DNA of 20,547 nucleotides, counting the filler. It is 5 parts of 5 records of this genome, joined end to end, with 100 filler letters (N's around TTAATTAATTAA, not from the genome) between each part and the next. Parts side by side here need not be neighbours in the genome. Positions count along the whole stretch, not along the records: positions 11,402 to 14,448 come from SRR9670534_1712; positions 14,549 to 18,265 come from SRR9670534_1713; positions 18,366 to 20,547 come from SRR9670534_1715; 2 more parts are not named here. One strand, written 5' to 3'. Position 1 is the first letter of the stretch; each line of letters starts with the position of its first letter. A program made the position numbers and the translations under genes. This document shows positions 11,403 through 20,547 of this stretch, piece after piece. Under the pieces are notes generated by a model. The model did not search any database, was not told the origin of the DNA, and was given only the letters and a program-made list of their open reading frames with translations.

Positions 11403-13437
11403 GGTTTTGTTCAGTACCCAATTTTTGCCTGTCTTGCAGATAATACAGTTTTTGGTTATACACTTGGAACGCTATATGTTTGGGGAATTACCATTGGGTA
11501 TATTACCATTGGAACTCAATGTGATATCAGAATGATTTATTCAGAACAATATATCATTGAACTGCTTCCTGCTTTTCTCTTTTTATTTTATTTAAGTATA
11601 TCTTTACCAGTTAGACTGGTACAAGTTTTACTGGAAGCAAAGAGAAAGGGAAAAATATCACGTGACTTGTTACGATGTATGATCCATAAATATGATTGTT
11701 TAGCATATATCTTATAATATAATATAGTTATATGCTATGTTGTAAAGTTGTATGTTATAATTTATCACATAGTACAGTTATATACACTACATAGTACAAT
11801 TAAATACAGTAGATAATATATAATATACTATGTTGTAAAGTTGAAATACGGCAAACAACTACGTTGAACAGTTGCGATACAGCTGTTGTATTACAGCATA
11901 GGACTATGTACTATACAGTATATTGTAATATATAGTATAAAATATATTATATGTGATATAATATGCTATACTATATAATATATTATGTATTTATACTGTT
12001 ATATTATAGAACTTATATATGGTAAATAATACTTACTAAATAATAATACACTATGTGTAACATTTATCATAGTTAGTGCAGGTCACATCTAGGTTGTTAC
12101 TAATAAAACTTGTATTTATGGGTCATACAGAACTCAATAACCATGAAAGATTCAACATTGACTATACAGACTATGATACAAGTTATGTCAAAAAATTACT
12201 TGGTAGGAATTTGGAAGCAGAAGAACCAGAAATAAAATCAAAATTTATGCAAATACTGAAAAAATGGACTTATTCAAGAGTCAAAGGCTACAGATATCCT
12301 ACGACATTTATTTGTGCAATAGTTGTCGCTCTAACTTTACTATACAATATGATGTTTTCATTAATTACAATAGTTTCAGAAGAGGCAGCTCAATTTGAAA
12401 TTTATTTCAAAAGTGAAGAATTTGATGATTTTGTAAACGCGCTTGAAGTTTTCAGGGTTATTTTAAATGTAACTGGAGTGAGAACATTTGAAAAACCAGA
12501 ATTCAAAGACTGCTTTATTGTTTATTTGCAAGCAATAGAATATTCGTTTTTGACTGCCATATTGGTAGCTGGCATCATAGTTGCAGGTAATCTTTTTTAT
12601 GGTATAACTCAATTTCGTCAACATGTCCTCATGGTTTATAAGGGCGACTTTAGTTGTGTCCCCCCATCAACCTATGTTTCCCCACCTTCTTTGATGAAAA
12701 GTAGCTTTCGTTATGCTGGATATCAATTTGCTTTTGTAGGCTATGCATTTGCCTTGCAAACAATTGCTTTCTCCACAGTCTTTTTAGCAGTTGGGATAGT
12801 TTTCATTTTACCTTTGTTTCATGAGAAATATTCTGTTGTGAGTAAAGATACTATTGTTGGGTGGATCAAAACTCTTGTACCAACCATGGCAATAGCTGCT
12901 TTGCTATTTCTTTCTCAAACTTTATTGGCAAGATTTATGTTTTTGAAAAGAAAGGGACAAATTCTGAGAATTAACCATAGAAGAATTTACTTTAACTTTG
13001 TTTACTTTATGTTCTTTTTCAACATGTTCTTGGGATTGATTTCATGTCTTATGAGAATTTTTAGAGGAGCTATTCTTGGTCTGATATTTTTGTCCAGATT
13101 GGATCAGAGCACTTTGACAAGAAGATTTGAGTCTATGGATTCTGGTTTTGCTGCTTACATGGGTTTTTTGCATATAGATGTCGCCCATAATCATCCGATT
13201 GTAAAGGTATTTATCTACCATATGATTAATGTAGCTATTAATAATAAAGATGAAAAAGATGAAGAGCATATGCCGTTGAAAGAAATTCAATTTGGGGAAC
13301 CATCAAGCAGAAGAAGTAAGAAATGGAGAAATAAGTGGACTACAGCATATACCTATATCAATAATCCCGGGTTATTGCAATACAAAAAAAATTATAGATT
13401 GTTTAGGGCCATAAGTTCTGAAGAAACAGAAGTTTAA
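11403..13437 (+). CDS. STRA6L: STRA6 / STRA6-like (RBP receptor family) multipass membrane protein, 5'-truncated
   Basis: An exon is open from the contig start to about 11661/11676 (GFVQYPIFACL...GYTLGTLYVW...LLPAFLFLFYLSISLPVRLV). A long terminal exon spans ~12131-13437 with YVKKLL, GYRYPT, SFRYAGYQFAFVGYAF, YFMFFFNMFLGLISCLMRI, SRLD, DSGFAAYMGFLHIDVAHNHP and RNKWTTAYTYINNPGL, all recognisable STRA6-family motifs. The exact splice junction is uncertain. Confidence 0.9.
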
Positions 13438-14448
13438 AATTTAGCTTATTTGTTCATCATATCATTTTGTTAATATTATTAACAATAATAATATCACAGA
13501 TGTTTTGTAAAAGATGCATTTTTTCCCTATACCTATCTTTGCTTTGGAATAATTATCTTCCTTTTAGTATCTCATCTTAAATGAGTCATTTATTAACAAT
13601 AAAAGGCTTTTAATATTAAGTACTGCTTGTTTTTATTCAATAAAAAATTTTAATATACTAATGTTGATCCAACATTGTTGAACTTCACCTGCATTTTTCC
13701 TATCAAATTTTTTTTGACAAATCTTTGCAAACAGCTTTACATAGGTTACCACTAATTACTTGCTAATCATTTAGTACTTGCGGTATCTCAATTCATAGAC
13801 CAATGTCTGTCATTGCCTCTCACGTGTATGCCTCAAATGTGCACATGAGCATTCCAATGTTAAACTACAGTCTGTCAAATATGGCCGAACTTTTGTTTTA
13901 AAAGGTACCAAAATTGGCGTGTCCTACTTATCATTTACACTACTAAAATGCACATTGCTCAATTGGTCTTTCACACCCATGTGCGAACAGTGCACACCTG
14001 TATGCACGTCCAAAGTTATTAGGCATCAAAAATGACTACAAATGTCATTTCTCGACCTAGAAAGTCAATATTTCAGCCTGGGGTGCTAGGGTAGCTGGGA
14101 ACTTAAATAAATAAAATATTAACAATATTTTATTTTAATAAGTAAAATATTAACAATAAATAAGATATTATTAATTTATAAAATATTATTATCAGTAATA
14201 AATGATATTAATAATATTTTATAATGTTATACTATACGAACATTATCTTATATATAAATTACTACACAAATTATGTATGAATTAGTAATTTAAAATTTTA
14301 TAATACAATATTGCAATATAACATTATACCAAGATTAATAATCAGAAAAAGGTAAAAAAGTAAAGTCAGCCTATGCATTTTTAGCTTGACCAGTTGTTAG
14401 CAAAACAGCCGATATGGCGAAAATATTTCAATAATAACAATAGTACCT

Positions 14449-14548
14449 NNNNNNNNNNNNNNNNNNNNNNNNNNNNNNNNNNNNNNNNNNNNTTAATTAA
14501 TTAANNNNNNNNNNNNNNNNNNNNNNNNNNNNNNNNNNNNNNNNNNNN
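14449..14548. other. Artificial contig-joining spacer
   Basis: N44-TTAATTAATTAA-N44. Confidence 0.98.
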
Positions 14549-14882
14549 ATTATTATTATTAATAATAATAACATTAATTCAATGTCACAATGTAATGCTT
14601 GTAGTTACCATAGTTACTTTATGTAATATGAACCTTCATAAAGTTAGTAACTGATATCTTCTGAGAAAAATCAGCAAGAAATCTGATATAAATATTCGTA
14701 CTAATATGTTAATAATGATAACCTGAGGCTTTCAGAAATCCGCTTTCTAGTTTGGTATTGGTAGCAAAACTTTTAAAGTTTAGAGTTCAGAAATCTAAAC
14801 TCCTAAATTCGACATTTATAAATATTAAAAGTAATGATAATCAATTAGATTTTATTTTAGACAACAATATTGCATAATAATT

Positions 14883-14987
14883 TATCAATATCGATATTGA
14901 GATCGATAATTGATCATTATCGATATTAATATGATATTGATATCGATAGTTGATCACTATCTATATTAATATCGATATTTATAGCCT
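14883..14987. repeat. ATCGAT/TATCGATA-rich array
   Basis: Four TATCGATA palindromes (near 14889, 14918, 14941 and 14970) plus variants, with an internal ~39-bp duplication (atcgataattgatcattatcgatattaat / atcgatagttgatcactatctatattaat). Confidence 0.7.
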
Positions 14988-15099
14988 AATTAATAATAGG
15001 TATAATAATTGATATTAATATCCTATATAACAATCAATGATTAATGGATAATTTATAGATTACTATAATTATTAAATTTTCTAAATTATTATTGTTTAG

Positions 15100-16510
15100 A
15101 AGCTTATGGTGTTTAAGAAACAAGATCCATTTGCATCTGTTCATCGCATTTTTGGCAAAAATTCTTCTTTGGAGTACGATAACCCTGTTCTCATACCTTT
15201 TCTACCAAGCATACATCCCTGACTGGGTAAGCTTTCTCACATTTACTAGTACCATACAATCTTGTGGTAAATTAACAAGTACTAATGTTAATTATCACGA
15301 AGTCTATTTGTTTTTGCAGTGCAGGGTTTTATCCACCTTGTATAATTATTTCGAGATGGCAACATACACCTGGATGTTTATTGAAGGGCTACATCTCCAT
15401 AATGTTATCATATTTACCTACAGTCTGGAGAAGGTCAAAATTATTCATTATGCCATCATTGGTTGGAGTAAGTAACCTTACATATTTTTAATTTCATCCA
15501 TTGTAAGTAATTGTAGTCAAAATTGACATACAATATTACATAGTAGGCAATGAAAGAGGCTGTCAGTTTTAAAAGAGGTTTGACGTAAACCTTGACGTCT
15601 AGGTGACACAATCCTATAATGGTTATGCAGTATAAATATAAAATAGCATAATTATATCTTATAGTCAATGAATGACAAGTATTGTATCTTAATAAGCTAG
15701 AAAATAATGACATACATGAATCCTCACTAATCAATGTTAAAAAAAGATGTCGCACACTTTCGTATTCTAATATATTAACATCGACATCTTTTTTCTAAAT
15801 TATAAACTGATGAATAACTGCAGCTGTCTATAATAATCGTTATCATTATTAATATTCTTCCTAATTATTGTCATTAATAAAATCACAAATTTTAGGTTTT
15901 CCATTTGTTGCCGTAACCATATGGGTTATTTTAAACTTAACACATTCCACTCCAAAGTAGGAACAAAATTTATCATGCATTTATTATTATTAAAGTTAAT
16001 AAACAGAATACTCACGTTTTCTATTTTAGTTTATGTTGGATTAATCAAAGTAAGTCTGTTGCTGGCGCAGAACTAGCTCTGATTGTACCAACCTTAATGC
16101 TACTTTCTGTAAGATTGTTATTGTTGTTATTGGTATTAATCTTAATAAATTAACAGACTTTTCATTATTAACTTCATGTTTTATGATTGATTACATTTTT
16201 AGATTAACATTGTATTTCTTGGTATTATTTTAACATACCTCCTGAAGAAAAACAGTTCCTCAGGCAAAAATTCAAGATATGATACCAAATTATATTGGTA
16301 TGTCTCGATGACATTTAATTATTAATAACAATGACGTCATAATGAAAATCGCTGATGATAAATTTTTATAGGAAAGCTTTCAAAATAATTCTTGTTCTAT
16401 TTCCACTATTTGGCTTGTCATACTTACTTTTGATTTTCATGCCGAGCAAATCCAATGACAACGTGGTTAAAGTGTACAAATTTGCCAACGCTTTTTTTAC
16501 CTCGACACAA
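15100..16510 (+). CDS. Class B1 (secretin-family) GPCR, CRF/DH44/calcitonin/PDF receptor-like; internal exons from ICL1 to mid-TM7
   Basis: Exons 15100-15226, 15320-15467, 15896-15956, 16030-16108, 16203-16297 and 16372-16510 have GT-AG boundaries and are in phase. Motifs: RSLWCLRNKIHLHLF, W|C at ECL1/TM3, YFEMATYTWMFIEGLHLH, IGWSFP, ECL2 CW, INIVFL, WKAFKIILVLFPLFG, FTSTQ|. The N-terminal hormone-binding domain, TM1 and the C-terminal exons are not found in this contig. Confidence 0.93.
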
Positions 16511-17860
16511 GTTTGTTTCCTTTTAAAAAGCTATAAATTCTAGTGTAAAGAGTAACGATTTTTGGCAATCAAACGGTCGGTGAGCAGATGGTTGTGATTA
16601 CTAAGCTTGCGATATATTTCACATTTAAAAAATGATATATCACACTTATAGTAAGGGTGACAGTAAGAGCAGCTGTACAGACTTTTATTAAAAGTGTTAA
16701 TAAGTGCTAAAGTTATGGCACCGGCATTACCACAGTCAAATCGTCTGACTAATATGTCCAATTTTTGCACAACTTTATTACCATTATCTAGTTTTTAAAA
16801 ATTTTAAAAGTTTAAAAAAACTTTATCTTACAAATTTGTATATATTATAATTATACTAAAATAATTACTAATTTTATCATAAATACTGGTAATTATCATG
16901 GTAACAAGTAATTGCTAATTTATCACCATGCATTATTATGTAATAATGTATAATAAATATGATTATAATTACATTCAAAAAAATTTCATAATTTTTAATA
17001 AATGTTGAAAAAACCAAATTCATATATGCTGATAATATAAATTGCTAATTTTTCTTTCTTAAAAATGAATTTCTAAATTATAAAACTTAATTTAATTTTA
17101 ATTGATGACTCTACTGTTATTATATAAATATTATCTCAACAATTGACAACTTTTCTAGTCCAATTGCTTTACTTGGTAAATAGAATACCATGCACAACAG
17201 TTACTATTATAACTTGTGATATTAGTGTCAAGCATTGACACGTAACTATACAACAATTTCCGAATTGTGAGGAAAAGTATGTTTTCATCTCATTAAAAAT
17301 TTATGTCAAAATAGCAAGGAAGCATATCAAATATCATATCAAATATTATCGACAAAGTAAGGGCAATATCTGCTTCATATGTCATTGAGTGACTGACAGT
17401 TCATATCATAGAATCATGGACCCATGGTCCCATAATGACCAGTTTCACCCACAACATTTTCTAAAGTACTTATTATTAAAACTCATTACAACAAATCTAA
17501 AGATAAGCCTTTCCCTAGTGACATACAAAAGTTGAGTGTATTTAGATGTTCCAATAATTAGTCATAAAAGTTCATTAAATTCTAGCAAACATCATCTGCC
17601 CATTTATTGACAAGCATGCAAGAGTCAATTTATTGATATTTGTGGGAGTTTAACAAACTCTTGAAGGAGGAATGGCAAAAACATCCACTTTACCATGTAG
17701 ATAATCCAGAACAACTAATTAAAATAAGAGTTTGCCAATAACACAAAATTGAATTATTACAAGCTTTTACAATTGAAATTTTAGAAAATCTTTATGACTA
17801 ATGCAAATGTACAACAATATGCCAAAAGTTGCTACTAATTTTGCTGTACCTTATTATTAA

Positions 17861-18005
17861 TTAATATACATAGTATACTATTATATTAATATACATAGTA
17901 TGCTATTATTTATACACATAGTATGCTATATAATATTATGCACATAGTATGCTATATATTAATACACATAGTATGCTATATATTAATATACATAGTATTA
18001 TACTA
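17861..18005. repeat. ~24-bp AT-rich minisatellite (about 6 units)
   Basis: Repeated TATATTAATAYACATAGTATGCTA-like units. Confidence 0.85.
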
Positions 18006-18265
18006 TAGTATGGTACACTGTGTATCATATATATTTTACATTTTTGTTTATTTTTAATAACAATTATAATTAAAAATAAACAAAAATGTTGTAAAAAATT
18101 AAACAGTAATTATTCCATTTTCATATATGTATACATATAACTAATATATATGAACATACATTCATATACTGTATATGAATACAACATATTATTCATCTAT
18201 TATTGATGTTATGACTAATTTCTTATAATATTAAAAATAATTATAACTATTACAATTAAAATATT

Positions 18266-18365
18266 NNNNNNNNNNNNNNNNNNNNNNNNNNNNNNNNNNN
18301 NNNNNNNNNTTAATTAATTAANNNNNNNNNNNNNNNNNNNNNNNNNNNNNNNNNNNNNNNNNNNN
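18266..18365. other. Artificial contig-joining spacer
   Basis: N44-TTAATTAATTAA-N44. Confidence 0.98.
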
Positions 18366-18399
18366 AAAAAAATTTAAATTTAAATTTTTTAAATTTTAG

Positions 18400-18737
18400 G
18401 CCTTAAAACATTGACCACCAAAAAAGGAACAAAATTGCTCATTTCTGGATGGTGGGGAACATGTAGACATCCAAATTACTTGGGGGATTTAATCATGGCC
18501 TTTAGTTGGTCCATGACATGTGGTAAAATTTAAATTTAAATTAAAATGTTAAATTTTAAAAATTTTTATAATTTAGGTTTCAATCATCTTTTACCCTGGT
18601 TTTATCCTATTTATTTTTTATTTCTATTAATCCATAGAAGCATAAGGGATGATCAAGCTTGCAAGAAGAAATATGAAGAATCCTGGGATAATTATTGCAA
18701 TATTGTTCGTTATAAGATTTTTCCTGGAATTTTTTAA
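18400..18737 (+). CDS. Delta(14)-sterol reductase (LBR/TM7SF2, ERG4/ERG24 family), last two exons
   Basis: Exon 18400-18522 reads [40 protein letters not shown]. After a 54-nt GT-AG intron, exon 18577-18737 reads [53 protein letters not shown]. This closely resembles the LBR/TM7SF2 C-terminus; the two paralogs cannot be distinguished without the N-terminus. Confidence 0.93.
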
Positions 18738-18992
18738 GCAAAATAATTTAACATTTGTTACAAATATAGGAATTATATTTTTATAGTATTATTAAAAGTA
18801 CTAATAAGTTATATTTTATTAATAATCGATGGTGGTTTAATAAAAATCAAAGGAAGTTTCATAGGTTATGTTTTTGCAAAATACCAAAATATTTTCAGTG
18901 GGGGTGCAATTTGTTTTGAAAATAATGTCTGTAAAACACTACCCCATTGTATTTATTGAATTGCGATTATTCCTTGCCAGAAAAAATGTTGG

Positions 18993-19133
18993 AAAAGATG
19001 TCGCCTCTAGATGACTTGGGGCAAAAACAAATAATAAAAGATGTCGCCTTTGTATAGCTGGGGTGAGAGTTGTTAAATCTAACTTTTAAAGTGATATATT
19101 TTGATATTTTAAATCTTGAGAAAAGATGTCGCC
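18993..19133 (+). repeat. Three exact copies of the 13-mer AAAAGATGTCGCC
   Basis: Copies at 18993-19005, 19036-19048 and 19121-19133, with unrelated sequence between them. Confidence 0.8.
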
Positions 19134-20529
19134 ATAACCTTAGAAGATACTGCTTAACATTATCATACTTATCAACTAAGAGTTTTTAAGTTTTCAATCT
19201 TCAAGTCATTTGTAATCTATAAACTTTTAAATCCAATTTAAATTCATTTTTAAACATTTAAATTTTTTAATTTTTAACTTTTAAACTTTTCATTTCATAT
19301 TTTATCATTAACGAAAATATTTTCTCTATAGGAATGCCATAGGCAAAAAAAATCAATAAAAAATGTAACTCTTTTTACCTATAGGGAAACTCAATAATTT
19401 TAGCCCTATGGGAGTTACTATGGTAAACTTGTAACTTGACATCGATTTCACTCTCGGCATACTTTGATGATATTATTATCATTATTAATAATAATAATAT
19501 ATATTATACATATATGTAATGTATAATAATGAGGATTTGTCTATTTAATTATTGAGGCCTGTTTGATGTAATGTATTTGAGACTATAGCAATAAAAGTCA
19601 TAGTATTAATAATTAAATTTTGCTTTTAGTAATTAGAGAAACCTCATTACTGCAATTTCTATCAGTTTTATTATTGCTATTAAAATAGCAATAATAATAA
19701 TTTTGGTTGTTTTTCCTTCATTATTTTTGTTATTATTAATAACTCTTATCATGCTTTATTATTAAAGCATCACAATTGTTGTCTATGGAAAAACCTACTG
19801 GTTATTTCCCACTAAATATTATTAATAATAGTAATATAACAAAAAAAAATATTTTTATTATTAATAATAATATCCATATTATTAAAATATTGTATTTTAT
19901 AAATAAATAAATTAATGTAATAATATTAAAATAAAATCAAATTTTTTTGTAAAAATGACAATAATTTCAAAATATTGATAATATAGTTTATATTTTTTAA
20001 ATTATAATTTATTAAATGTATTATTAAATATTTAATTAAACTGAAAGAAATACCTTTGATACAAATAGGTATAGAAATTCTTACTATTAGTGTCTATGTA
20101 TGAGATATTGACATTTGACTTTAGTTTTACTTCCTATAGTCTTTATTAATAATATCTAGATAGCCATCTATGAGATGTTTTGCCATTTATGGTAATTTAA
20201 TTTTAGTTATCCTTCCTGTAATATGGTTTCAATGTGTTGGTTGAAATTCAAAATCCTATTATTACTGTAATTAATCCCTTTCCTTTGTCATCAGACTGTT
20301 GGGTTATTTTTATCTACAAGAATTAATAATTACTAACAGTGCTATTATTATTAAAAATATGTGGGTGGTGGGAGGATATATAAAAGAAAGGGTTTACACC
20401 TTCTTTGTAACCAAATAATTTATTTAAATTTTATTTTGCCCCTTTTTATCTTCATAATTTGAGTTTATTATTTTCAATGTAATACAAATACAATGATAAA
20501 TGTATTACATTTGGTTTTATATAAATATA

Positions 20530-20547
20530 AATATATATATATATATA
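20530..20547. repeat. (TA)n microsatellite at the window end
   Basis: An ATATATAT... run. Confidence 0.7.

Noticed and set aside
13042..13290. 82-aa minus-strand ORF
   Set aside because: It is the antisense shadow of the STRA6-like exon.
15456..16770. Minus-strand ORFs 15456-15755 and 16540-16770
   Set aside because: They are intronic in the GPCR gene and have no motifs.
17520..17830. Possible decayed coding or transposase fragment (YLWEFNKLLKEEWQKHP...)
   Set aside because: It is short and stop-ridden, has no motif I can assign, and is not the expected next GPCR exon (G..V...YCF.N.EV).
717..18737. An apparent lipid/hormone gene cluster (OATP, STRA6-like, GPCR, sterol reductase)
   Set aside because: Each gene lies on a different contig joined by artificial spacers, so the adjacency carries no biological information.
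18993..19133. Mini CRISPR array (repeat-spacer pattern)
   Set aside because: The repeat is only 13 bp, the spacers are unequal (30 and 72 nt), and the context is eukaryotic.

Overview
This window is not a continuous locus. It holds five AT-rich (roughly a quarter GC by eye) animal-type eukaryotic contigs joined by four identical artificial 100-nt spacers (N44-TTAATTAATTAA-N44, stops in all six frames). The ORF track is mostly exon fragments that run on into introns. Splicing by hand with GT-AG sites and phase checks recovers six genes. Contig 1 has a 9-exon, 3'-truncated OATP/SLCO transporter. Contig 2 has a complete 2-exon NIPSNAP3-like gene convergent with a 5'-truncated UMP-CMP kinase. Contig 3 has a 5'-truncated STRA6/STRA6-like receptor. 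Contig 4 has six internal exons of a class B (secretin-family) GPCR. Contig 5 has the last two exons of an LBR/TM7SF2-type sterol reductase. The most notable non-genic features are a 61-bp micro-MITE (20-bp TIRs, perfect 8-bp TSD), an indel-free 24x21-bp higher-order minisatellite with open frames on both strands, a recurring AAAAGATGTCGCC motif, and TATCGATA arrays. I see no multi-gene novel system, and gene adjacency across the spacers is probably artefactual.
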